DNA of 64,000 nucleotides from Rebecca billardiae RCC1528 (Eukaryota > Protista > Haptophyta): the NCBI GenBank assembly GCA_965240325.2, contig OZ251238.1, positions 1,426,001-1,490,000 of the forward strand. Direction: 5' to 3'. Below, piece after piece: positions 41,295 to 54,821 of the stretch (within the stretch, counting starts at the first letter, position 1; each line of letters begins with the position of its first letter). The position numbers and the translations under genes are program-made. The notes beneath the pieces are model-generated. The model saw only the letters and a program-made list of their open reading frames with translations. It had not been told where the DNA came from and made no database searches.

Positions 41295-44200
41295 ATGACC
41301 AGCCCCGAGCGGCTGACCAACGGTCTTTTCGCCGCCACCGCCGCCGCCCCGTCGCCGAGCCCGATGAGCGCGAGCGACGTGCTCCCCGCCGCCGAGGCGC
41401 CCGCGCTGGACGCGGGCGCTGTGCTGCCGCTGAGCGGCTTGCCCGATGGGCCCGTCCCGGCCGACCTCCTCGGCAAGGCCGTCCAGGTCACCGAGCTCAA
41501 CTGGCTCGGCGAGAACAAGGACAAGCGCAAGTGCGCGCGACCGGCCGACCGCGCCGCCACGAGCCGCAGTGCCCGCGCGCTTGGGGCGCGAGCGTGCGCG
41601 ACCTCACGCGGCTCGCCATACCGCGCCGCGCCGCCGCCCGCCCGCCCGCCCGCCCGCGCGCGCCCCAGGGTCGCCCTCTCGGACGGCGAGCACTTCTTCC
41701 GCGCGCTGCTCGGCGCGGCCGTCGACACGGCGGGCGAGGTGAAGCTGGGCGTGGTCGTGCGCGTGCTCACGGCGAAGCTGATCACGATGAAGACCAAGTG
41801 CGCGCGCGCCGCGCCGCCGCCGCCGCGTCGCGGCCCGATGCACGCGCGCCGCCGCCGCGCGCGCGCCGCGCGTCCGCTTACTGGCGGCGCGCCGCGCACC
41901 CGCGCACCGCCGCCGCTCGCCGCGCACGCGCAGCCGGATGCTGGTGCCGCTGACGCTGGAGGTGCTGGGCGACGGCGCGGCGTACGAGACGATCGGCTCG
42001 CCCGTGCTCGTGTCCACGATCCCGGCGGACGGCTCGCAGCCAGCAGCGCCGCCGACGTCCGACGTGGCTCCCGGCTCCGTCGCTGCGGAGCCGTCCGCCG
42101 GGGCGGCCGACGGAGCGGACGAGCCGGCGGCGAGCGCGGCCGCGGATACGGAGATGCCCGACGCGGTGGTGAGCTCGCCCGAGCCAGCTGCCAAGCCCAC
42201 GGCGGCCGACGACGCGAGCGGCGTGCCGGCCGGCAGTGCCGTCACGCCCGCGCCGGCGCCCAAGCCGAAGGCCGCGGCCGCCGACGACGACGACGCCGGG
42301 ATGGCGACAGTTGAGAAGTCCGGTGAGTCCGGCAAGATGGCGGAGGCGACGCCGGCGAAGCGCGAGCGCGACGACGGCGCGTCGGCGGGCGTGCTCAGCG
42401 CCGGCGCCATCCTGCGGCTGTACGAGGCCGCGGGCGACCAGAAGGCCGTGAACGCGGTTCTCACCGACTCCCCTCTCTTCCAAATTGCTTCCATCAAGAA
42501 GGTCGAGGGCGCCGCCATCGACAAGTTCAAGTGCGCGCGCGGGGGGCGGGGGCGGGGGGCCGGGCGCGCGGCGCGCTGCTCGCGCTCGCGCCGCCGTGGG
42601 CCCGCCCGCCACGCCGCGCCCCGGTGCTGACGCGATGTTCGCCGCGCGCGCCGCGCCGCGCGCGCCCCCCCCTCCGCCCCTGTCTCGCGCGCGTGCCTGT
42701 GTGCCTGCGCTGCGCTGTGCTGCGCTGCGCTGCGCTGCGCTGCGCTGCGCTGCGCTGCGCTGCGCTGCGCTGCGCTGTGCTGCGCTGTGCTGCGCTGTGC
42801 TGTGCTGCGCTGCGCTGTGCTGCGCTGTGCTGCGCTGCGCTGCGCCGACAGGGTGAATCTTTCCGATGGCAAGCACTACATGCCGGCAGTGCTCACGCCG
42901 CGGCTGAACTCGCTGATCCGCGGCGCCGAGGGCGGCGTGGCGCTGCAGCAGTACGGCACGATCCGCGTCACCGCCGCCATCTGCAACGTGATCTCCGGCC
43001 GCCGGTGCGCGCGCGCGAGCCGCGGCGGGCCGCGCCTGCGCCCGCGCGCGCGCTGCCCGCGGTGCCGCGTGCTGCGCCCGCGCCCGCGCCGCCCGGGTGC
43101 ACGGCCTCGGCCCGATCGGCGCTGCCGCGAGGCGCGTGCGACCCGCGGGACGCTCGGGCCGCCGCGCACGGTCCCCACGCTCCGAGCCCGCCGCTGGCAC
43201 TTGGGCGCGCCGCTGGGCGGCGCCGCGCGCCCGCGCGCGCCGCGCTCAGCCTCGCCCGTCCGCGCCGCGCCCCGTCCGCGCCGCGCCCAGGGTGATGGTG
43301 GTGTCAGGCATGGAGGTGACGTCCGCGGCGCCGCTCGCGTGCGGCCTCGTCGGCCAGCCGGCGTTCGCCGACGCGGCGCTCGCGCCGGCCGACACGCTCA
43401 ACACGCCCACGCCCGCCGCGCCGCCCGGCGGCGCGAGCGGGCTCACAGAGGCCGCGGAGCGCGGCTCGGTGCACCCGATCGCGGCGATTCGGCCGACTTC
43501 GCGCCGCGTGTCGCTCAAGGTGCGCGCGACGGTGGTCGACCCTGTGCGCACGTTCCAGCGGGGTGAGCGCGAGGGCAAGGTGCTCAACGTCGAGCTGTGC
43601 GACGAGGTGCGTGCCGCGCCGCCCGCCGCGCGGCCCGCCGTGCCGCCCTCCATGCCGCGCACCGCGCGCGCGCCGCGCCGCGCCACTCACGCCGCGGTAC
43701 TGCTGTGCGCGCGTTGTCGCGCGCGCGCGCGCGCACGCGCGGCGCGGCTCAGTCGGGAGAGATCCGCGCGACGCTGTGGAACGAGGCGGTGGACAAGTAC
43801 GTGGACGTGCTGGAGGAGGGCGGCGTGTACCACGTGTGGACGACGCCCGCCGCGCGCGCGCCCGTCAAGATGGCCAACAAGAAGTTCGCGACCGGCTCGA
43901 ATCCGTATGAACTGTCTCTTGACGGTGCGTGCCGGATCGAGCGCGTTGCGGAGGCGGCGGCGGGCGGCGCGGGCGCGTTCGCGGCGCTGCAGCCGATGCT
44001 GAGCCTGACGGCGGTGAGCGGCCTCCCGTCCAAGCCGACCAACGCCGCCGTCGACGTGATCGGCGTCATCGCCGACGTCGGCGCGCTCACCAGCATTACC
44101 CACAAGGCGTCGGGCCGCGAGGTGTCGAAGCGGACGGTGACCATTGCCGACGCTTCGGGCGAGGGCGGCGGCGGCTCGACGGTCGAGGTGGCTCTGTGGG

Positions 44201-45153
44201 ACTCGCAGGCGGAGAAGGTGGGCGAGGCGATGGCGCCGTCGGACGGCCACGCCACCGTGCTCTGCCTCAAGGGCGTGCGCATCTCAGACTGGAACCGCCG
44301 CTCGCTCGCCACCAACCGGGGCACGCAGGTGCGGCCGCGCGCGCGGCCGCGCGCGCGGCCGCGCGCGGCAGCGAGCGCGTGCGCCGCGCCGCGCCGCGCC
44401 GCGCCGCCGGCTCACGCGCGGTGTGCGCCGGCCCGCGCGCGCGCGTGCACGCAGGTGTCCGTCGACCCGCCGCGCGACGAGGCGGAGGCGGTCCGCGCGT
44501 GGTGGCTCGCGCGCGACGGCTCCGCGCAGCTCGAGCCCGTCTCGGTGAACGAGCGCGCGGGCGGCCCGAACGGTGCGGGCGGCGCGGGCGGTGACCGGCT
44601 CAACGAGAATCGGATCGACCTCGAGATGGCGCACCTGGACTCGCCGCTCGGCGCGGAGGCGGGCGCGAAGCCGGTGTGGTGCTCCGCGCGCGGGTACGTG
44701 CTCAAGCTCCAGCTCGGCGAGAACCGGCCCCTCTGGTACCCGGCGTGCCCCAGCTGCAACAAGAAAATGACGGGCGACGAGGAGACGAGTTTTTATTGCG
44801 AGGGCTGCAGCCAGTCGCACGCCGAGGCGCAATTTCGGTACATCCTGAGCGGCGCGGTGGTGGACGCGACGGGGCGCGCGTGGGTGTCGCTCTTCAACGA
44901 GACGTCGGAGAAGCTGCTCGGCATGAAGGCCAACGACCTGCGCCAGCTCCGCGAGATCTCCGCGGAGAAGGCCGAGGCGGAATTCCGGAAACTCGACTGC
45001 GCCGGCCCGTTCAACATGCGGCTCAAGCTCAAGCGCGAGGACTATAATAATGAGCCGCGGCTGCGCGTCACGCTGATCGAGGCGGTGAAGGTGGACTACG
45101 CGGCGGAGGCGCGCGTGATGCTCGCGCAGCTGCAGGGCGCCAAGCTCACCTGA
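41295..45153 (+). CDS. RPA1: Replication protein A 70-kDa subunit; introns 41531-41668, 41798-41933, 42531-42851, 43005-43290, 43607-43752, 44329-44454
   Basis: GEREGKVLNVELCDE-SGEIRATLWNE, VKMANKKF, VDVIGVI, zinc finger YPACPSCNKK...CEGC, and RYIL...DATG. Confidence 0.93.
42706..42845. repeat. (GCTGC/GCTGT)n pentanucleotide microsatellite in RPA1 intron 3
   Basis: Direct reading of the sequence. Confidence 0.95.
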
Positions 45154-45942
45154 CGCGCGGCGCGACGCGGCGCGACGGCGCCGTCCGCGCGCGCGCGCGC
45201 GAGCGCCGCGCCGCCGCGGCCGGCCTGACGGCAGCGGCGCATGGTGCGGCGCACGGCCATGGGCATGGCGCCGTGGGCGCGTGCGCGGCTCGTGACGGCG
45301 GCTGGCCACCCGACGCCCGTCGCGCGGGTGGACGAGGAGGGCGGCGCCGCCGTGTGGCGCCGGCGCCGCCGCCACGTGCGCCGTGCTTGCCCGCGGCGCG
45401 CGCCGCGGCCGGCCAAAGTCTGAAATGCCAAAGTGCCAAGTGCCAAGCGCTGGCCGCGGCGCGCGGCGCGGGCCCCGCGCATGGGCGCGCGCCGCGCCCG
45501 CAGCCTGGGCCAGGCCGGGGTCGATGGCAGGCTGCTGTGTACACGCGTCCCGTCGGCTGCGCAGGGCCTCGGTGGCGAGGCGCGGCACGGGACGTGCAGG
45601 TGTGCCGCCTGGCGCCTGCGTGGACGGATCCGCGTCGTCACGGCCTCAGCGTGAACTCCGCCAGCGCCGTCGTCGTGACCAAAGCCAACGGCCGGGCGGC
45701 CCAGTCTGCCGCTTCGCGTTTCAGACTCCTAGTCCGGAGGTCGCAGAACCGGACTATGGTAGCTGGTCCGGGGGAATCCGGCTGTCGTCGTTACTCTTGG
45801 GCGCACGTTTCGCCAGGCGGCGGCGTCTCCCGGCGATGCGGAACCTGATGCGAACCGCGTCATCTGACCGAGCCCGCGCGCTTCCACTTCCGCGCGCCGG
45901 TGTAACTGGCAAGGTCGCACGCAGTAGGGGGCGACGACGACG

Positions 45943-46678
45943 ATGATCATGCGCCCGGTCCTCGCGGCCGCGCTGGCGCTGACGCTGGTGGCACTGCCCG
46001 CCGCGATCGCCACGTCGAGTCCGTCGCCGCCGCCGTCCCCTCCTCCGCCGTCGCCGCCGCCGTCGCCTCCGCCGCCGCCGTCGCCGTCGCCGCCACCACC
46101 GTCACCGCCGCCGAGCCCGCCGCCCACCCCGCCGCCGAGCCCGCCGCCGCCACCGCCCTCGCCGCCGCCGCCCTCGCCGCCGCCCTCTCCGCCGTCGCCG
46201 CCGCCCAGCCCACCTCCGCCCCCATCGCCGCCGTCGCCACCGCCGCCGCCGCCGAGCCCGCCGCCGCCGTCGCCGCCGCCGTCGCCACCGCCGCCGCCGC
46301 CGCCGTCGCCGTCGCCACCGCCGCCGTCGCCACCGCCGTCGCCGCCGCCGCCGTCGCCACCGCCACCGCTTCCACCGCCGTCGCCGCCGCCGCCTCCCAG
46401 CCCGCCGCCGTCGCCGCCGCCGCCGCCGTCGCCGCCGCCGCCGCCGCGGCCGCCGCCGTCGCCGCCGCCGCCGCCGCCGCCGCCGCGGCCGCCGCCGTCG
46501 CCGCCGCCGCCGCCGTCGCCGCCGTCGCCGCCGCCGTCGCCACCGCCGCCGTCGTCGCCGCCGCCCTCCCCTCCGCCCAGCCCGCCGCCACCCTCGCCCA
46601 GCCCGCCGCCGCCGACGCCGCCGCCGTCGCCGCCGCCGCCGACGCCGCCGCCGCCACTGCCGCCGCCGTCGCCGCCGC

Positions 46679-46713
<35 letters not shown>

Positions 46714-46958
46714 TCGCCGTCGCCGCCGCCTCCCAGCCCGCCGCCTTCTTACGACGAGCCGCCGCTCCCGCCCACGCTGCCGACCTCGCCCTCGCCGCCG
46801 CCGCCGCCGCCGCCACCCGCGCCGCCACCGTGCCCGCCGCCGTCGCCGCCGCCGCCGCCGCCGCCGCCGATGCCGCCGCCGTCGCCGCCGCCGCCGCCGT
46901 CGCCGCCCACGCCGCCGCCGTCGCCGCCGCCGCCGCCGTCGCCGTCGCCGCCGCCCCA

Positions 46959-46994
<36 letters not shown>

Positions 46995-48474
46995 CAGCCC
47001 GCCGCCCAGCCCGCCGCCGCCGTCCCTCCCGCCCAGCCCGCCGCCGTCGCCGCCGTCGCCGCCGCCGCCGCCGTCGCCGAGCCCGCCGCCGCCGAGCCCG
47101 CCGCCCGCCAACACAATCGCGAAGCTCAACTCGTTCCAGCGGTGCCTCGAGGAGCCCGCGCAGTGCCACTCGATCGCCTTCCTCGGCACGGTCACCTCCG
47201 GCACCATCCCCACCGAGATCGGCGAGCTCACCGAGCTCGTCACCTTTGGCACTTTTGACGAAGCGCGTACCGGCGTGACGGACGCGCCGGCCGGGCTGTC
47301 TGGGACGATCCCGACCGAGATCGGCAAATTGACGAAGCTTGAGGACGGGTTCGCGGTGTTCGACTCGCCGTCGCTGGGCGGGCGGATGCCGAGCCAGATC
47401 GCGCAGTGCACGCTGCTCAACACCATCTTCTTCCGCGACGTCGGCATCTCGCGCCTCCCGTCCGAGCTGGGCGAACTTTCCACGAACTTTCACCACCTGA
47501 TCGTGAGCTCGGAGCCCGCCGGCCCGGGTGGCTCCCTTGGTAGTTGGGTGCCGACGCAGCTGTTCCACGGCGGGCTGCGCACGCTGCGCCTGCGCAACCA
47601 GGCGAGCATGGGCGGCTCGCTCCCCACGCACGTCGGCCTCGCCACCAACCTGCGCGAGCTCCGCATCACCGAATCCGGTCAGACGGCAACGATTCCGACC
47701 GAAATCGGCGAGCTGCGCGTGCTCCAAGATTTGAAGCTAGTCGGCGCGAAAATGTCTGGCGTGCTGCCGACGGAGCTGGGGCTGATCGGGCGGAAGCCGC
47801 CGCGCGTGCAGGCGGTCTCGGGCGACGTCGTGCCGCGCACCGGCGGCGCGCTCACCTCCATCCACCTCGCGTACCTCGGCCTCGGCGGCACCGTCCCAAC
47901 AGAGATTGCGGCGATCGGCCCTCGCACGCGCGTCTCCGGCGAGCTCGCGCCGACGTGCGTGCTCAACAACCCGGCCGAGGTGCTGGAGCTGAGCGCGGAC
48001 TACGAGGACAACTTCCTGCGCGAGCCGCCCACCAAGCTCTCCGGCAGCCGCTCCGGCTTCACCGCCACCTGCCTCGAAAGCCTCGAAATCTACCCGTCGC
48101 CGCCGTCGCCGCCGCCGGCGCCCAAGGGCGCCGCGGACGACGGCACACAAGTCAACGGCCGACTGACGGTCGAGGGCTCTCTGGACACGTGGACGGCGGC
48201 GGTGCGGGAGGCGTTCCGCCGCGCGCTGGCCGCGCAGCTCGGCGTGTACCTCTCGCGCGTCCTCATCCGCTCGCTCGCCGCCGGCTCCGTCACCGTCAAC
48301 TTCGCCGTGCAGCAGGTCTCGGGCGAGTACTCCGATTCTACTTCTGTGGAGCAGAAGCTGCGCACGGCCGGCGTCGTGTCGGCCATCAAGCAAGGCGTGC
48401 AGGACGCGACCGGGCTGGCGGTGATCAGCGGGATCGCGGTGACCGGCACCTCGTCGCTCGGCTCGAGCGGCGGC

Positions 48475-48509
<35 letters not shown>

Positions 48510-48672
48510 GAACCCGGGGAGCACACCCACCGCCGCAGCCGTCGAGGATCCAACCGTCGGCATCGCCGTCGGAGTCGCCATCGGCGGCTGCTGCTGCCTC
48601 GCCCTTGTCGGCTTCGGCGTGTACCAGTTCGTGCTGCGGCCAAAGGCGCAGGTCGGCTCCGGCGCGGCGTAG
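45943..48672 (+). CDS. Cell-surface protein: signal peptide, extensin-like SPPP array, plant-type LRRs, single C-terminal TM helix
   Basis: About 370 aa of S(P)2-6 repeats, GTIPTEIG-type LRRs, TM VGIAVGVAIGGCCCLALVGFGVYQFVL and a short tail. Confidence 0.85.
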
Positions 48673-49840
48673 GCGCCGCGCCCTCGCGCCTCCCCCGCGC
48701 GCGCCCGCGCGCCCCGCGCCCGGGCTGCTGGGCCACACCGACCGAGCTCGACAGCTCGTCGGTCGGCGGCGCCGGCGGCCGGCTGGGGTTGTGTGTCGAC
48801 CGTCTGTGTCGGCGCCGCGCGGTGCCGTGCGCCATGGGCCGTGTGCCCCGCCCGGGTGAGGTGCTACTGCTCCCAGCCACGTGCCACCTGCATGGAGTCC
48901 GCAGGCCACGCGTCGTCGGCGGAGCAGCCGGCGTTTCGCGTGGCGGCGCAGGCCGGAGCAAGCCCACGCCAACTCTCCGCGCGCTGTCCGTCAGGTCCGG
49001 GCCTGTCGCGGCTGTCGCCCGACTGAGTACTGACGGCTGACCTGGTCCTGCAGGCGGGCGGGCGGCGTCAGTGTTACCACCCGCGCAGGCTAGTCAGTAC
49101 TTGAATAGGATCATCAGATATTAACTTTGATTGGCGCGTGCACTGCGTGCACACGCCCAGCACACTGGTCCGTGCACTGCACTCTGCGACTGCAGTACTT
49201 ACCGTGCACACGGCACGCAGTCTGCCTCAGTGCGACACCCGAGCCCGCCCCGGCCGGCCCCGGGGGCGGGGTACTGATGTCTGATACTCCCGCGACTCAG
49301 TAGTTACTACCACCCCGCACCCGGCCGGCCCTGACGGCTGACCCGTGGCCGTGTTATTGGCCGCGGTGACCGGGCTAATGAACGCGACCGCGTCAGCCCG
49401 GCGGCGGCAGGCCGGGCCCGGGGGCCCGGCGCGACCCGCCGAGCCCGCTCGGCACAGGCTCCGCTGGACGGTTCGCGGTGCTGCGGGCCAAGGTGCCACA
49501 ACGCCAGTGGCGAACACGTGCGGCCGTCCGTGATACATGATGCACTGCCCAGCGGCTAGGTGGCACGGGCTGATGAGTACCCGCTGAGTCGGCCGCTGAG
49601 TACAGCCCGCCGCCCAGCCCCGTAACCGTGAGAGTTTGGAGTGAAAGGCCGAGGCGTCAGCGTGGTGGGCGCGAGTGCGGGTGACCGGCGCCTCTCCCTC
49701 TCTCCCCTGGCACAACCGCCCTTGGCACAACAACGGAGCCGCGCCGCGGCGCCGACTCGGCCCGGCAAGCACGTCGCCATAGTCCGTCTGGGCGGGCCGA
49801 CTGGCGATCTTGCGCCAGCATGAGCGCTCAGATCAGTCAA

Positions 49841-49885
49841 GGCTCAGATCGTAGGCGGCGCGCCGCGCGGCCTACGATCTGAGCC
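49841..49885. repeat. Perfect 16-bp inverted repeat with 13-nt spacer
   Basis: GGCTCAGATCGTAGGC (49841-49856) pairs with GCCTACGATCTGAGCC (49870-49885). Confidence 0.9.
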
Positions 49886-50111
49886 ATAGCCGTCCGGGCG
49901 CGAGTGCGTGGTGGGCGCGAGTGCGGGAGGGAGAGGCGCAAAGCGAGCACACAGAGGGCAGGCCCCGAGCCACGAGCGAAAACCGAGATAGCAGCGGCGC
50001 GAGTTTCCGTCTCAGCACCCGAGCACCGCAGCCGCCGGCGGGTGCGCCGTGATGAGAATGCCGGGCGCGCGACCGCCAAGCGTCGCGCCCCGCGCGCGGG
50101 AGGGCGGCAGG

Positions 50112-51379
50112 ATGCGCGTCGGCACGCGCGCACGCGCCGTGCTGCTCGCGCTACTCTGCGCGCGCGCGCGCACGGCGCGGAGCCCGCCCGTCACGCTCTG
50201 CGTCTCGCGCGCCGAGGGGCTCCCGGACGCCGACCCCGGCAGCGACGAGCGCGATGTCTCGGATGTGTTCGCGCAGTGGACGACGACCGGCGCGCGGCGC
50301 GAGTGCAAGTCGGCGGTCGTGCCGAACGCGCTCGCGCCCGCGTGGGCGGACGGTGCGGCGTGCTGCACCTTCCGCCCCGCCTCGGGCACGCCCGCCTACG
50401 CCCTTTCCTTCTTCGATTCGGACGTTTTCAAATCGCAGATCCTGGCGTCCATTGCTCTGGTCGAGGGGAGCGGCGGCGCGGCGGCGGCGGCGGAGGGCCG
50501 CGCGGACGGCGGCTCGTCGGGCCCGCACGCGCTCGAGCCGTCGCAGTGGCAGTGGGTGCCGCTCCGCGTGCCGCCGGCCGACGGCGACGTGGCCGAGGCG
50601 CGCGGCGGTGGCGGCGGCGGCGGGGCCACAGCTGGCGGCAATGCTGGCGCGCCGCCGCGCCCCGCGGGGCGTGCGCTCGTGTGCCTGCGCGCGGAGGGCG
50701 CGGAGGCGTGCCGCCCCGTCGTGGACGACGCGGCGTACGCCGAGTGGGCCGGCGCGGGCGCCGCTTCGGGCGGAAGCGCCGCCGTGCCGGAGGGCTGGGG
50801 CTCGGCGGTGCAGCATCGGGCAGTCCAGTGGGCACAGGACTCGCTCGGGTCCGGTGGCGGCGGCGGCGGGCCCGGCGCGGGCGTGCACGTCGTGCGCGGG
50901 GGCAGGGCCACCGCCGGCGGCCGCGCGGCGCGCACGCCCAGCCCAGCCGGCGGGCGCCAGGTGCACGGCTACGTCCAAGCTCCGGGCGGCGACCGCGGGG
51001 CCTTTTCTCGAGCGCACCCGCCGCCCAGCCCGCCGCCGGCGCGGCCGGCGCGCGGCGGGCGGGCTGGCGGCGAAGGCGAAGGCGGTGGCGCGACGGAGGG
51101 CGGGGTCGCGGGTGGCGCCGCCGCCGAGCCGAGCGCCGAGCCCGCCGCGCCGCGGCCGTTCGAAGGCGACTCTTGGCTGCGCGCGCTAGAGCTGAGCGCA
51201 AGCGCGCGCGCCGACGCCGACGCGGACGCCGGCTCGGCGGGCGGCGCGGCGGGTGGCGGCGGGCGCTCGGCGAGCCAGCTGCTCGCGCTGCGCACGCCCG
51301 CGCACGCGGCGGGCGGCTCGTCGGGCCGCGTGCTCTCGGGCTCGCTGCGCGCCGCGTGCGACGGCGCGCTGTCCGCCTT

Positions 51380-51434
<55 letters not shown>

Positions 51435-54232
51435 TCGGCGAGCGCCGAGCCGGCGTGCTCCCTCCGAGGGGTGGCCGTGCCGGCCTCGCCGGACGCGTGG
51501 CTGGAGGCGCAGCTCGGCGCCTCGGCGTGCGCGGTGCAGGGGCCGCAGTCCGGGGCCGGCGGCGCAGTCCGGATCTTCGAGTGCCCGGCGCACGCCGTCC
51601 GCGCCGCGCTCGGCGACGCGAATGTGCATGGCGGCACCGCCAGCCTCGTGCTCACGCTGCGCTCGCCCCAGCGGGCCGCGGCCGGGCGCGGGGGTGCCGG
51701 CGGCGACGACGCGCCGGCGGTCGCGCGCTACACCGTTCTGCTCAGCGGGCCGCTGGTGAGCGCGTGGGCGCGGCCGCGCGCGGATGGCGCCGGCGCCGCC
51801 GCCACCGGCGCAGCAGCGCAGCCCGCCGGCGCCGCGCCTGCGGTTGGAGCGCTCAGCGGCGGCGGCGGCGGCGGCGAGACCGGCGCATTCGGGTCGCTCT
51901 GGCTGACCGCGACGACGGCGGCGAGCGCGGCGGGTGGCGCGCGCGGCGCAGACGCGCCGGACGGCGCCGCGCCGCGCGCAGCCGAATCGCCGAGCGTCGT
52001 CCTTCCGATCCGGCCGCCATTTTCGGCCGCCGGCTCGGCGCCGCAGCCGTCGGCGTACGACACGCGAGCGCCGCGCGGCGCGCGCGCGCTCACTGTGAGC
52101 GCGCTGGTGCAGCGGCCCGCGACGATCCAGGCCGTGGTCACGCGCGCGGGCGCGGCGGACGGCGGCACCGCTTCGTCGGCTTCGGCAGTTACGCTCGCGG
52201 CCGGCGGCGTGCCATTCGGCGCCGCGGCCGGGCGGCCATTGTTCAGCGCGCGGCTGGACGACCCGCCCGGACTCTGGGAGCAGCTCGCGCCCGGACTGCC
52301 CTCCGCACAGCGGGCGGGCGGCGCGGCCGCGGACGGGCCGCGGGTGTTGGTGATCACGCTGAAAGCGCGCGACGTCCAGACCGGTCAGCCGCTCGGCGGC
52401 GCGCTCAGCGTGCGCGTGGCCGTGCCGCCGGCTGACGATGGCGCGGCCGGCGGCGGCGGCGGCGGCGGCGGCGCGAGCGCGGACGCGCGCGGCGGCGCGC
52501 TCGCGGGCGCGCGCTCGGCGCTGAGTGCGTGGCGGCTGCCGACGGGCGCGGATGGCGGCGGGCCGCACGGCGGCGCCGGCGCGGACGGCGCCGGCGGCGA
52601 CGACGACACTCGCCTTGGCCGCTGGGTGGTTGCCGCGGCCGTCGCGGCGTGCTCGGCGGTGCTACTGCTTGTTCTCTGTGCACTGGGGTGCGCGCTCGGC
52701 GGCGGGCTCTGCCGCCGCGGCGGGCGCGAGGTCGACGGCGGGCCGAAGCACGCGGTGGTGCGCGCGGACGACGATGCCGCCGCCCACAACGGCGGCGGCC
52801 CGCTCCTGAGCGCACCGCGCCGCGCTGGTGGCAGCGGCGGCCACACGCCGACCAGCCCGTTCAATCCGTTCCTCGCGCCCTCAGCCGGCGGCTCTCCGCC
52901 CGGGCTGCTGCTGACGCCGTCGGCGGCGGCGGGCGGCACTGCGGCCGGCGGCGGCACGGAGCACCGCTCGGGCGCTCCCACCGTCGGCGGCGCGGGCGGC
53001 GGCCCGGCGGGGCTCGTGCGCGGGCACTCGTTTCCCGGGAGCGCCGGCGGCGGCGGCGCGTGCGCGCCGCCGCCGCGGCTCCCGTCTTGGAGAGCGTCTG
53101 CCGTGGCGGAGGGTGGCGGGCCGGGCGGCGCGCCGCGCGCGCGCGTGATCGGCGGGCCGGCGCCGTCCGACGGGTACGGGTACGGGTACGGAGGCGGGTA
53201 CGTGCTCGCCTCGCGCGCGGAGGCGGAGGCGGAGGAGCGCCGCGCGGCGGAGCGCGCGGCGGCGCGGCGCGCGCTCGCGGCGGATGAAGCGGCCGCGCGC
53301 CGCGACAGCGCGCAGCGCGCGAGTGCTGACTCGTCCGCGGCGGCGGCGGCGGCGGCGGCGGCGAGCGCGGCGGCGACCGCCGCGGCGAACGCGTCGGCTG
53401 AGCAGCGCGAGATGCGCTCGCAGATCTCCCAGCTGCTGCAGGCGCAGGCGCAACTGACGGAGCGACTCGCGTGCATGCAGCTGTCAGGCGGCGCGCCGAG
53501 CGCGCGCGGCGGCGGCGGTGGTGTGAGCTGGGATACGCGCACGCACGCCGCCGCCGCGTCCGCCGCCGCCGCGTGCGCTGACCGGCTGCCGTATCGCGCC
53601 GAGCGCGCGCTCACGCCGACGGAGCGGGGCTCCGCCGCCGCGGCGCGCGGCGGGCTCCGCGGGCTGCTCGCGCCGACGGCCGACGGCGCGGCCGGGGCGG
53701 CGGAGGGTCAGCAGCTGACGGCCGCCGCCGCCGCCGCCGCGCCGCCGCCGCAGCCGCCGCCGCAGCCGCCGCCGCAGCCGCCGCCGCAGCCGCCGCCGAG
53801 CGCCGCTGTCGGCGCGGGCGCGGCGGTGGGCGCGGTGGTGGCGTGCGGCGTTGTGGCCGCGGCCGCGCCCGCCGCCACACCGCCGCCCGCGCCCGCCGCC
53901 GCGCCCGCGCCCGCGCCGCCGGGCGGTTGCGACGCGGCCGCGCCGCCGCACCGCTCGCGCCTGCGCTCCGCGCTCGGCCGCGTGATGACTGCGCCGCCGT
54001 GGGGCTTGCTCGGAGGCGGGATGGCGATGAGCGCGGCCGGCGCGGCGGCGGCGGCGGGCGGCGTGGGCGGCAGCGGGCCGCCCTCGCCGCAGACGCCGAA
54101 GGCGCCGCCGTCGCCCATGGCGGCGGAGCTGGAGCCGCGGCCGGCCGCGCGGCCGCCGATGCCGCCGCCGCCCGCGCTGCCGCCGCCGCCGCCGAGCGCG
54201 AGTGGAGCGTCGCCGCCGCCGGCCGCGCCGAG

Positions 54233-54271
<39 letters not shown>

Positions 54272-54776
54272 TACAGACGCCGCCGCGCCCACGGTGCACC
54301 GCGCGGCGACCGTTGGCTCCGGCCTCGGCGGCGCGTGCGCCGCGTGCGCCGCCGCCGCCGCCGCTTCCGCCGCGTCCGGCCGCGCGTCCACGCCCCCGGC
54401 CGGCCTGGCGCGCAAGCACTCCGCGCCGGCGCTCGCGTCCGTCACCAACACGGCCGAGCTGATGAAGCGGCACCTCCGGCGGCGCGTCAACATGCGGCTG
54501 GTCGAGCGCAAGCACGAGGTGCTCGCGTTGCTGCGCGAACTCGCCGAGGGCGAGGGCGTGCGGCGCGCGCTCGCGTCGGCGGGCGCGCCGCGCGCCGGCG
54601 CCGCCTCTCCGCCTGAGGACGCGCCGCCGGCCGGCGCGGCGGACGCGCCCGAGCTCGCCGCCCTCGACGGCTACTACACCGAGCTCAGCGCCCGCTTGGA
54701 CGGGCTCGGCCTCACGCCCGACGCGGCAGAGCGCTGGGACTCGAGGCTGCGTATCCCGCGCAAGCAACACGCGGCG

Positions 54777-54821
<45 letters not shown>

